Source of the DNA: a virus
Taxonomy: Duplodnaviria; Caudoviricetes
IMG/VR virus record: IMGVR_UViG_3300035502_001274
Coordinates: 32,001 to 96,000 of that record
Direction: 5' to 3' (one strand)
DNA: 64,000 nucleotides
Within the stretch, counting starts at the first letter, position 1; every line of letters starts with the position of its first letter. The notes below the pieces were generated by a model. The model worked only from the letters and a program-made list of their open reading frames with translations, ran no database searches and was not told the origin of the DNA. A program made the position numbers and the translations under genes. Positions 18,101 to 25,246 of this stretch are shown one piece after another.

Positions 18101-20786
18101 GGATATTCTTCTTGGTCTTTTCAGGGTCTTTCTGAGTATCCTTATCACCACCTAACGCCTCTGCGTTGGCAGTGAGTGTTTCAGACAGATTCTGGGTTGC
18201 ATCGAAGAGAGACATTTGGCCATCAATTTCACCCTTGGTGGCTTTACCACTCTTGGGATCGATACCAAAGTACTCCATAACCTTAGAGCCCATTGACTGG
18301 AAATTGGTTTTCACGGAGTTATCGTCTCCAAAGAAGACGTCCTTAAACCAATCTCCAACTTTACCAGCTTTCTCTTTGACTCCCTGGCCAAACTTGGTCT
18401 TGGATATCCAGTCCAAAGCCTTCTTAATGACAGGAGAATTGAATACTTTTGCCATGAAACCAGTCTTGGGGTCCCAAGCTTGCTTCGTGGTTTCATTCAT
18501 CTCCTGCACATTATCGGCGGTACGCTTCTCCGGGGTTTGATTCTTATTTAGGGCTCCCGAGAAGTCACCATTAACGATACCACCGTTACTGGGAGTTTCC
18601 GGTGTATTATCACCGCCGTCTCCATTGCCTCCGCCACCACTCGGTCCAGTAGTAGGACCTTGTGTAGTTTCCACATGGGGAGGAAGCGCTAAGACAGCAG
18701 GAGCAGCTCCAGGACGATCGATCATGGTATTCTCATAGATCGTCCCAAAGAACTTGTCAATGACACTGGAGACACCCTTGGAGTATCGGTTATTTCCGCC
18801 TTGATAGAAACGATATGCACGATTAGCAGCTCGATGAATATTGGCTTTGGCACCTTTAACGCGCTTATCGGGAGCATTATTCAGCCAATCGAAGACACCT
18901 CTAGCAAATCCTTCGGCGTTCTCCGTCTTCATCCGCTCTTCTTCGGTCTGCCGATCACGGCGTTTACCACTCTGGGTATAGGCGCCACCGTTGGACTCTC
19001 GTAAGTCAATGGCTTCCGACTCGATCAACTCCCGGAGCTTATCCAGGGTCATCTTACCGTACTCGTCGGCAAAGTCCATGCCGTATTGGGTGAACGCACT
19101 GTCCGTTGCTTGCATCTGCTCCAGCATGGAAGCAGAATTGGCACGGGCAATATTCACTGCTTTTTGCAGTTCCATCACCATGCGCTGGGTATCGACGGCC
19201 GTCTTCTTCGTCTCTCCGTCAATTCCACTCGTCTCATTGATGGTCGTGATGGCCTTGCGCATGACAGAATCGAGCTGCGTACGCATAGCCTTCGTCATGC
19301 CCTCTGTATTAAGAACGGCATTATTGACGATTTCATTGACTTTATCCTGGGTATCCTTATCGAGTTGAGCCCACAGTTTGGCATCCCGAACGTCATCGGG
19401 ATTGGTGCTAAACTGCTTATTGAAGATATTGGCGAAGGGCTGCTCGATGGAATCCTGGAACCGGTTCTTCACACGGCGCTTGATCTCAGAGGCGTTCTGG
19501 AAGCGGCCTGTTCCTGCATCATAATAGCGAGCTTCCTGGTGGGTAATGGCAGCTTTGATCTCGGCCAACTCTTTGGGAATGACTGTGACCAATGCTTTTT
19601 GTGCATCACCGTTCCAAGACATCTCGCCATGTTTATATTGATTGAAGCGAAGCGTGCGATGAGTGTTGGGGTCGATACCCAAGATGCCACCAATCAGACC
19701 AAGGATGGTATCCTTGGTACTGCCGGAGTTCATCTTATATTGGTAACTACCCAGCTCCGTCAGAAGGGACTTGGTGATGGTGTTGATCTGAGAATCACCA
19801 CGAGCGATAGACCGACGTCCACCTTTGGTGAGCGCTCTTTTCATCAACCATTCCAGAGCGAACTTCTGAGGCTGGATTTTGCCACCTCCGCCCAGTGCCA
19901 TCTTGATCATGGTAGGATCCATCATACCTGTCAAGGCCATAATCTGGCCCAGAGCAGATGCATCGATGTTATCCTTGACCATCTCTTTATAAGAGCTCAT
20001 ATCAAACCAATCTTCACCCAAGAACTTGGCGTTCTTATTCTGGGTGGAAGATAGGGTCCGACGTTCTCTCCTGGCTTGGCGCTCTTCTTGCTTCTTCATC
20101 CAGCGCGTCATCTGGTCATAGAATTGGAGATGCGCCTGGTTGGTCGCCGACTGAGACTGTGACTGGAACTTCACCAATTCTACCAAATTGGAGTTGATGG
20201 CGCCCAGTTGATTCTCAATCTTGGCGAAGTGCTCGTTCTGATTGGCCATCTGCATAAAGATGGCGTTGGTGATTTGCGCTGTCTGGTACTCCGCAGTCTT
20301 GATCTGGGTTTTACCCAGAACAGAGCTCATCTGTTGGAGTCCAGCCAGCGTTCTATAGTCAGTAGAAGTAAAATTAACCGCACTGGCATTCAGTCCGGCA
20401 GCTCTATCGCTCTTCGGTTCATCACTAGGCTGCTGATCCGAATAAGAGATAGTGGATGATTCCGAAGAACCATCCAAGAACGCTTGCCAGTCGTCGTAGC
20501 TTTCTTCTGAGAGATCTCCCAAAGCTAAATTGCCCTGCTTAATGTCGTTCCAGGCATCCGTCAAGAAGGATTTGGCCTTCTTGGAGATGACAGTCCGATC
20601 ATATTGGGTAGTGGTCGTCCGGATCTTCGTCTGATTAAGCCGGATGAAGTCTCTCATAGCGTCAACGCCTGAACGTGCGCCACGAACTAATTCTGCCGTA
20701 TTGGGGGATAATGAGGTTGCCACTTCCAGGGAGGAATAAGCAACGCTCTTGCCCAAGTTGCGGAATACGTTACGGCTAGTAGCCAA
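12156..20786 (-). CDS. Giant tail-associated / tape-measure-like protein with C39-like peptidase, phage tail lysozyme, SH3b and NlpC/P60 domains
   Basis: 2876 aa. C39-like: MQNDPRW...GCGPT...GHIV...EDP. Phage_lysozyme2: IWRYLRSLGFTKEGAAGMMGCWQAES...GFGLAQWT. NlpC/P60: ASCAS...LQPGDILY...HTEMY. Also glycine-zipper repeats. Confidence 0.8.
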   Translation of the reverse strand: MATSRNVFRNLGKSVAYSSLEVATSLSPNTAELVRGARSGVDAMRDFIRLNQTKIRTTTTQYDRTVISKKAKSFLTDAWNDIKQGNLALGDLSEESYDDWQAFLDGSSESSTISYSDQQPSDEPKSDRAAGLNASAVNFTSTDYRTLAGLQQMSSVLGKTQIKTAEYQTAQITNAIFMQMANQNEHFAKIENQLGAINSNLVELVKFQSQSQSATNQAHLQFYDQMTRWMKKQEERQARRERRTLSSTQNKNAKFLGEDWFDMSSYKEMVKDNIDASALGQIMALTGMMDPTMIKMALGGGGKIQPQKFALEWLMKRALTKGGRRSIARGDSQINTITKSLLTELGSYQYKMNSGSTKDTILGLIGGILGIDPNTHRTLRFNQYKHGEMSWNGDAQKALVTVIPKELAEIKAAITHQEARYYDAGTGRFQNASEIKRRVKNRFQDSIEQPFANIFNKQFSTNPDDVRDAKLWAQLDKDTQDKVNEIVNNAVLNTEGMTKAMRTQLDSVMRKAITTINETSGIDGETKKTAVDTQRMVMELQKAVNIARANSASMLEQMQATDSAFTQYGMDFADEYGKMTLDKLRELIESEAIDLRESNGGAYTQSGKRRDRQTEEERMKTENAEGFARGVFDWLNNAPDKRVKGAKANIHRAANRAYRFYQGGNNRYSKGVSSVIDKFFGTIYENTMIDRPGAAPAVLALPPHVETTQGPTTGPSGGGGNGDGGDNTPETPSNGGIVNGDFSGALNKNQTPEKRTADNVQEMNETTKQAWDPKTGFMAKVFNSPVIKKALDWISKTKFGQGVKEKAGKVGDWFKDVFFGDDNSVKTNFQSMGSKVMEYFGIDPKSGKATKGEIDGQMSLFDATQNLSETLTANAEALGGDKDTQKDPEKTKKNILQQLNAFLRKKAPKILTGGVIGAGVGMAAGGHLGLLGSMFLPGGPVGGAIAGMAVSILTESEGFQSMLFGKKNEAGEREGGLISKSTRDSFKKLIPTLGLGAAGGVMLKALSTATGFSGTGMAKAIGFLPSMVLPGGVLGAAIVGAAGAFALRNEKVQDILFGKKNDDGSRTGTLLSNAYNKLTGKIKAGQAQGGGKKKGSFVGKILNTLKGSAFGAIGAAGLSQMGLLGSAFSFGGPIGAAIAGAAVGIAGASDKFNDYLYGTKDDKGKRTKDGLFSRIGTMLKLNFIEPASIWFQSTAEEFMWWAKEKIEIPFRLAFGPVIDAFQNLGGAMADTAKGAIEKVGEKVQNTIEGILKPIGNVFMKWILRPLGKAAGGLLKGGLFAGASIVGAPLQLLATLLKPTRKKGQKLFNSFLRDNKEANLQDYWEKKEAAGEDTNKLLDRFQYNLASLPVIGQFFQSSDLAADMADIYNETTEGKRNAIDWLGARRDKKNYKKNRKAARAAGKEERKLSNLRRRWAKTDNNVSDKVLSDKEFKARTKELKKHGIDINTQEDLRQFTYHYDEWKNRRENPEGAEAPKTAEGQAIISIRDLCQTAVAHLQNLVGLNKAQLDAQTGDVFDTDELGANDDVADKIDSEKAKKVQESNAKAAAEAQAEVNARIGKDNEKKEEHKKVTGNTSGNAHDEDEKEDDKSDKESDIENAEDEVDDADSFTSILKTAGVVTAGVAALGMVLQNDEIRSAVGQLISDGFTLAKDAIGGVLAECLGNDGTGGVNNSRALETDEEGNATKTVSNTDLKSALVKGGLVAARKSTSTVAKKALSASASYAAQAAAIATKSGKVASAAAEGAAAVAASATGKTSIITKALTAIKGALNTMIGSKLGTTTAGKVIGKIGTFIDDLCKGIATKANNLVQGMLEKLSAACGVAGITTASLATPLAVINAVVAAASAIDGLLYPEKIFKIDKKYVDGKMRTIAAIWQGIAAFTGWGAVIQILSEIVTEVMGIDFIQSIACIIYKVLADDDDDAKLDTALSAMSKEVENYNAANGTSLSVDAYNNLKNSRSSLWNRFKNLFGKGDTTDYSQYEVSVGDTTTGNTAGYGTGAVGYGAGMQNDPRWANMPIGKFPNGKTSTMGTGGCGPTALANAAQAMGLGFSPASVGQFAAGNGYITQGGASEALFDQGASQLGMTTSKVGTSADIVSSLKNGNPVILAGKSQGYGPTPYTKAGHIVTLTGMDSAGNAIVEDPMRGTSKYKVSDLQKNMTNGWSVGRKDAAGYGLIDSIFGSAFSSIASAVTSGISNMLGLSDESTSADASDEYSSSAGSTYTTEERAQQQKTIWRYLRSLGFTKEGAAGMMGCWQAESANKPDCIEGYYLKSFPGYQVVNSSSALDDYTTNVLFPAYERSNISINKDAYKGSDGHYYPGFGLAQWTGPRGYSLFQYAKKNGLNWTDLTTQLKYASTEIEDSNIVSKVNAGEDSVDATTKLALDNYEMFSGYANKYPDEYNKRKLAARDYYNRFANDATLDNSVDAVRADGTIAYTSGGTVSGGVSRSDAISAGIKSKYPGAAVSSTTQTKYIADGKTLKVYSGPNANSTVKENLKSGSAIKIYATYKGSDGNTWAAIDSTATKWVLYRSGTTSRRNNAITDKAPSTGNGIGYGIMDNLGNAFTTGLSSLYSSLGLTYNSTSSADDTTADTESSGSSYSASTTVSPNQTGVVDMMASKLGKLRYSTTEVQDPDQGVASCASTVGWAYKKALGVNNMSASSTSQAQDSRFETIWTNNGSNTLDTSILQPGDILYQNWDRTSNNNTMKHTEMYAGDNQDLSHGGTPPMGPTYKDLNDYRKKHTMKVRRYKGFMNSSSVGNGEGAVGFGDGMCVSSTGQRSHDTTMPTYYGDGTEVATITSNRGVETRLDTIIGMMRTIVNNATKTAPATTSVNVNYGEGDTTKVQPTVVVNQTQTRRLGEKDAASQYLRTQHRKVASAQHA

Positions 20787-20832
20787 GAGTATTACACCCC
20801 CAAACTTCGTGGGATTTAAAGGACTACGAGCT

Positions 20833-20844
20833 TATCGGGGTGTT
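20833..20844 (-). promoter_or_regulatory. Putative late promoter AACA-N6-TA
   Basis: Minus strand AACAccccgaTA, about 47 nt upstream of the TTG start. Confidence 0.65.
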
Positions 20845-20867
20845 CGGGCCGGCATTTCCCGACATAA

Positions 20868-20901
20868 AAGCACCATGAGAGAAAATTCTCTCATGGTGCT
20901 T
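20868..20901 (-). terminator. Intrinsic terminator
   Basis: AAGCACCATGAGAGAA / TTCTCTCATGGTGCTT inverted repeat with a U-tail on the minus strand. Confidence 0.75.
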
Positions 20902-20911
20902 AAGGCGACAA

Positions 20912-21732
20912 TGGTAAGAAAGACAGGTCGATCCATACTCCATCGGCAGAGCAGCGATCACTCACTCCGTCTCTACTATCAAGAGAAACTGCCATTCGCA
21001 ATAAAGGCAAGCTCCAGCATGGCACATTTCTTAAATCCGAAAATCAACGCTATTTTCGTCATAAAAGCCGTCAGTCACTGAGGTTTATCAACAGTGCTTC
21101 ACGCGATTTTTCCGGAGAAATTTGAGGTCTAATAGAAAGCTCGTTCGACTCCAAACCTTGGAAGACCCATGAAGACGCCATCAACGCACGTCAATGGTAA
21201 CCGTACGATCGCAACGTCCACAGTGTGACTTAGGATTCAAAATAGAGGTAGCCAATTAGGAAGAAAGGCCAATATCGACCCTGGTAGTTCTCTCCACAGT
21301 AAAGCTTTCATGTCATCAACCGCATACTTGCAGTGGAAAGATGTCCCTGACAAACTTGGTCCAATGTCAAAGAATTCAATTTAAATTATGATTGATTTGA
21401 CCACGGTCCTCTGGTTCCAATACCAATACATCAAGTCGCATATTTCAGCAGTATCGGTTCAACGCTCCCAAACATCCAAGACAACGTCTTGGAGAAGATC
21501 TAATGACAGGGTACCACCCCATCGCGCGTCGGGTATTGGGAAGACATTCGGTGGCGGCTTGCTTTGCAATGACTTGGATCTTTCCCAAAGGAAACTTCCG
21601 ATAAAGCAAGAAACTTCCAATGATCCATTTCCTTATCATGCAAACCTTGACCTATCTGGGCCGATTGTACCACGCACAGCCGTCTAGTGGATAGGCGCCT
21701 ACTCTGCCTTGCGTTCTACTGGTAAGAAGACA
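20912..21732 (-). ncRNA. Candidate large (~800-nt) structured non-coding element
   Basis: No credible ORF. 10-bp closing stem between 21699-21708 and 20945-20954 (G-U on the minus strand). Local hairpins such as CCAAGAC-AAC-GTCTTGG at 21476-21492. Flanking direct repeat TGGTAAGAA(A)GACA. Confidence 0.4.
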
Positions 21733-21813
21733 CAGCCGCACAAGACATTCATCATAGTTTGAAAGTTAAAGATTAGTTAGAATCATTGGAAGAATTTGAG
21801 AAAAGACATAGAA

Positions 21814-21853
21814 GAGCCTCCTACCGGGACGGGAAGATCCCAGTAGGAGGCTC
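21814..21853 (-). terminator. Intrinsic terminator
   Basis: GAGCCTCCTACCGGGA / TCCCAGTAGGAGGCTC, with one G-U pair and a U-rich tail on the minus strand. Confidence 0.65.
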
Positions 21854-21859
21854 CGCTCC

Positions 21860-22285
21860 ATTTCGCTGCAGCGACCCGGTGACGTTATTCACGTGCATAG
21901 GTCAATGACCTGCAGCCTCCGCCCTGCCGACCACCCGCAGCCGCGGGCCGGACTCATAAGGCGGTTTGCCCAGTTGTGGGAACTGGTACTCGGCTATATG
22001 GCCGACTCTTGACCCGCACCAGTTCGCAGGAGACCGGACGAGGAGGGCCCAGCATTTGATATGGGCGGCCAAGAGCACGCGCCGAGGTGATAACGGCACG
22101 GCGGCGGCCCGGGATGCCGGATCGTCAAGTCCAAACTGATGCAAAGTCGACCAAAAGATGGCCGAATAAACCCCACAAGGGCACTTCGTAAGCGCACGAC
22201 GGCGACATGCCAAGCGAACCGTCCCCGGAGGACTGCCGCTTATCCGGCAATGCGTCAATGTGGCCAACGCCACTTGCGCTTACAT
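21860..22285. ncRNA. Candidate GC-rich structured ncRNA (~420 nt)
   Basis: Markedly GC-rich, with nested hairpins (GAACTGGT/ACCAGTTC enclosing TCGGC/GCCGA). Lies between a terminator and tRNA-Ser. Its ORFs lack SD and have atypical composition. Confidence 0.35.
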
Positions 22286-22341
22286 TATATGTAGTCTCTT
22301 TAGTAAAAAAAATATATCACACATTTCTCACCTAAGAGACC

Positions 22342-22431
22342 TGGCGCCGAGTAGAGGATTCGAACCTCTGCTTACCTTCCAGCAAGTCCGGTTTTCAAGA
22401 CCGGTGCTATCGACCACTCAGCCAACTCGGC
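22342..22431 (-). tRNA. tRNA-Ser(TGA)
   Basis: GCCGAGT/ACTCGGC acceptor stem, CCGGT-CTTGAAA-ACCGG anticodon arm, long variable arm, TTCGAAT T-loop, G73 and encoded CCA. Confidence 0.95.
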
Positions 22432-22527
22432 ATAAAAAAGAATTAGCGCTTTGTAACGCTTAAAGGTTGCGGGAAGGCAGACCCTTTCGAGTCTGCCCTC
22501 TCGCATGAAGTCCTCAGACGAAGAACC

Positions 22528-23094
22528 TTACTTGGCGTCGACGGTCTCCTTCAGCCACACGGGGACACGGTTGCCGACCTTGACCTTTTCATGGGCCTTG
22601 GTGGTCACAACCTTGCCGGTCGGGGTAGTGCTGTATGTGCCATCGTCATTGCGCACGATCATGGTCGTGGCGCGCTTCTCCTCCTCGGCGGACTCGCAGC
22701 TGATGGACTGCACCGTCTCATTGGGGGAGGTCATCGGCAGGGTCAGCTTGCGGCCCATGCCATTTGCCGAAATATACTGCTTGATCATCAGCAGGGCGAA
22801 GTCAGCCTGGGCTTCGCCGGCGGCTCTGGGGAACTGGAAGCTGTCCATGCGGGCCATCTCGGCCTTATCCACACCGTAGGCCTTCAGAACGGGGCCAATC
22901 ACGTTATTGCGGACAGCCTGAGAGGGATGGAAGACCTTCTCCTCATAGGTGTCGCCCTTCTTGACGAAGGTGCTGATGCTGCACTGAGGGTCATTCAGCA
23001 TGGCGGTGGCCAGATCGACCAGATCGGACTTGCTGTAGTTCTTACCGCCAGAAGCGGCTTGGGCCTGCTTGATGAATTCACTATAGTTACTCAT
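22528..23094 (-). CDS. Putative HU/IHF-like DNA-binding protein
   Basis: N-terminal SKSDLVDLA helix and C-terminal TGKVVTTKAHEKVKV...LKE recall the HU beta-arm. Strongly biased codons suggest high expression. Confidence 0.4.
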   Translation of the reverse strand: MSNYSEFIKQAQAASGGKNYSKSDLVDLATAMLNDPQCSISTFVKKGDTYEEKVFHPSQAVRNNVIGPVLKAYGVDKAEMARMDSFQFPRAAGEAQADFALLMIKQYISANGMGRKLTLPMTSPNETVQSISCESAEEEKRATTMIVRNDDGTYSTTPTGKVVTTKAHEKVKVGNRVPVWLKETVDAK

Positions 23095-23272
23095 AGTGGT
23101 TTCTCCTTTCGAATCGGCATTTTAGAATTTTGCATTGAAGCATCACGCTCCAAAGAAGATTTTACATCTCCGTTGGCCGCGTTATATTTTTTAGCACGAA
23201 ATGCCGATGATTAAGGGGATGAGGAGCTCTCACTCCTCATCCCCATGGGGTGATTTGTGAGAGCTCCTCTAA

Positions 23273-24409
23273 TTAGGCCTCAGGGTCGGCAGCAACAGGA
23301 CGGTCATCGGGTTGTGCAACCTCGACAGGCACTTCAGCAGCGCCACCATTCTGAAGCTTCTCGTTCAGGGCCATAAAGTCGTTGATGGTCCGAGGCGGAT
23401 TCTCCTGCCCAGCAATGGGCACTTCCTCGTCCTCGTAGTCATCGGTCAAGCTGTCAGCCAGATCGGCCATCTGACCACTCAGTTGATTGAAGCCGCCCTT
23501 GATGGTATTCAGGATGGCCATGATGCTGGGATCAACACCACTGGGCTCGTCCTCTTCGCCATCGTCGTACTCTTCATCCTCGTCTTCGGTCTGCTGAAGA
23601 GCACCGAGCTTCTTCAGGATGCGATTGGCGACACGCTCCTCAAAGTCCTCGCCTTCATCGTCATCCAGGTCCTCGAAAATATCCCCGTCATCGTCTTCAT
23701 CATCGAATCCACGATGGCTAAAGATATCCAGGGCACCTTCCCGAGCCGGCATGGCTTTCTTCCGCTTGCCCTTGCCCGCACGACGGACATATGCATCCAT
23801 GGACTCGATAGCATCGGAATCGAAGCTATCATAGCCCAGGCCATAAAAGATGTCATCCTCGTCGTCGTGACGCTCCAGCCATTCGTCCAGAGAATCCAGA
23901 ATGGAGTTGGTGCCGCCAACGTCCACCCGCTCGATGTCGAAGATGTTGCGGAAGGTCTTCACGACCTGCTTGTAGGTCTTCTTGGACGCCTTGATCGTCT
24001 TGGCCAGCTTCCGCATCTTACGGGTCGGGCGCTCAGCAGGCTCCACATTTTCCATCTTGCTGTAGCGCTTCTCGTCCTTGACGATCTGGTTGTCCAGCGC
24101 GACCAGCTCGCAGAGGAGCCGATAGTGCTCCTTGCTGCGGGTGATCTGCCAGAGGGTTTCGGTGTCCAGCTTCTTCATGAGCTGAATCATCAGGCCCTCG
24201 TTGTAACGGGCTTTCTCCAGGGTCTTGGTAAACTTCTTGACCCCGAAGATGTCCTTCATGACCTGGTCCATGTTCTTCGCATAGACCGGCTTTCCGGAAG
24301 AATTCCGGTACGCAGCTTCCAGCTGTTGGACGATATATTGGACTATCATCCGCTCATTGGCGCTCATGCGCACCAGCTGGTTGCCGGGGACTTTTCTCTT
24401 CTTACGCAT
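23273..24409 (-). CDS. Hypothetical protein, basic N-terminus and acidic C-terminus
   Basis: 378-aa ORF overlapping the upstream stop (TAATG). Confidence 0.8.
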   Translation of the reverse strand: MRKKRKVPGNQLVRMSANERMIVQYIVQQLEAAYRNSSGKPVYAKNMDQVMKDIFGVKKFTKTLEKARYNEGLMIQLMKKLDTETLWQITRSKEHYRLLCELVALDNQIVKDEKRYSKMENVEPAERPTRKMRKLAKTIKASKKTYKQVVKTFRNIFDIERVDVGGTNSILDSLDEWLERHDDEDDIFYGLGYDSFDSDAIESMDAYVRRAGKGKRKKAMPAREGALDIFSHRGFDDEDDDGDIFEDLDDDEGEDFEERVANRILKKLGALQQTEDEDEEYDDGEEDEPSGVDPSIMAILNTIKGGFNQLSGQMADLADSLTDDYEDEEVPIAGQENPPRTINDFMALNEKLQNGGAAEVPVEVAQPDDRPVAADPEA

Positions 24410-24975
24410 TACTCGTCATCGTCCTCCCCTGTGTCGAACTCATATTCCTCATCGTCGTCCTCGAGGAGAGGATCATCGTCGATGGAAACGCCGGTCTCGA
24501 CGTCGTCCAGGTTGGACGCAATGTCGTCGGTCTCCTCGGCGTCTTCTTCTTCCTCTTCCTCGAAGTCGGCTTCGGGCTCTCCGCCAATCAGATAGTGGCG
24601 GGCGGCAACCGCATCATCGGCGGGCAGGAACTCTGCCAGAGCCTCAGACACGGCTTCCTTGATGTGCAAGTCGCGATGCTCCTCATAGATCTCCAGAGCG
24701 CGCTTCGCGATCGCATCCTGGTTACCCTTGATCAGGTCCAGGGACTTGGCGGACACGTGTTCGACCGCGCTGTCCACGGCGTTCACAATGTCCTTCATAT
24801 CGTAGTGGTTGATGGGATTGTATCCGAGGGTCTCCTCGAAAATGTCGCCCATCTCAGACCGGTCCTCTACCGGGTTAAAGAGACCGAGCAGCTTCTCGAC
24901 ATCTTCTTCGCTATCGGCCGTCGCAGTTGCGGTGAGATAAGCCATCAGCTTTTCTCTCTTGGTGGTGTTCTTCAT
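24409..24975 (-). CDS. Acidic hypothetical protein
   Basis: 188 aa, AAGGAGG SD, D/E-rich tail. Confidence 0.8.
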   Translation of the reverse strand: MKNTTKREKLMAYLTATATADSEEDVEKLLGLFNPVEDRSEMGDIFEETLGYNPINHYDMKDIVNAVDSAVEHVSAKSLDLIKGNQDAIAKRALEIYEEHRDLHIKEAVSEALAEFLPADDAVAARHYLIGGEPEADFEEEEEEDAEETDDIASNLDDVETGVSIDDDPLLEDDDEEYEFDTGEDDDE

Positions 24976-25184
24976 CTGAATAGGTCCTCCTTGATTTTGA
25001 TAAGGGTATTGCGCGTTATCGTTCCGGTTGAAGATACGATAAAGTTTACAACGTCCTCAAACTGTCAAATGACGTTGGCCCGTAACGGTGAGTCCCAACG
25101 CCATCCTCCACGAATTTCCACAAGAATAATATGCGCTCAAATTTCTTCTCAAACATCGGCATTTCCTGAGGTTTGAGGACCTTT

Positions 25185-25196
25185 AACATCCTGATA
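25185..25196 (+). promoter_or_regulatory. Putative late promoter AACA-N6-TA
   Basis: AACAtcctgaTAatcg; the same 16-mer occurs at 62844-62859. Confidence 0.7.
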
Positions 25197-25246
25197 ATCG
25201 CAAAGGACTATGAAATTCCTCAATAAGATACGAGGTGAACGCAAGC

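Noticed and set aside
20749-21687. Small ORFs 20749-21081, 21388-21687 and 21445-21639
   Set aside because: No SD, atypical codon usage, and one spans a terminator and a promoter.
20900-22300. CRISPR or mini-array
   Set aside because: No regularly spaced 25-45-nt repeats and no cas genes in the window.
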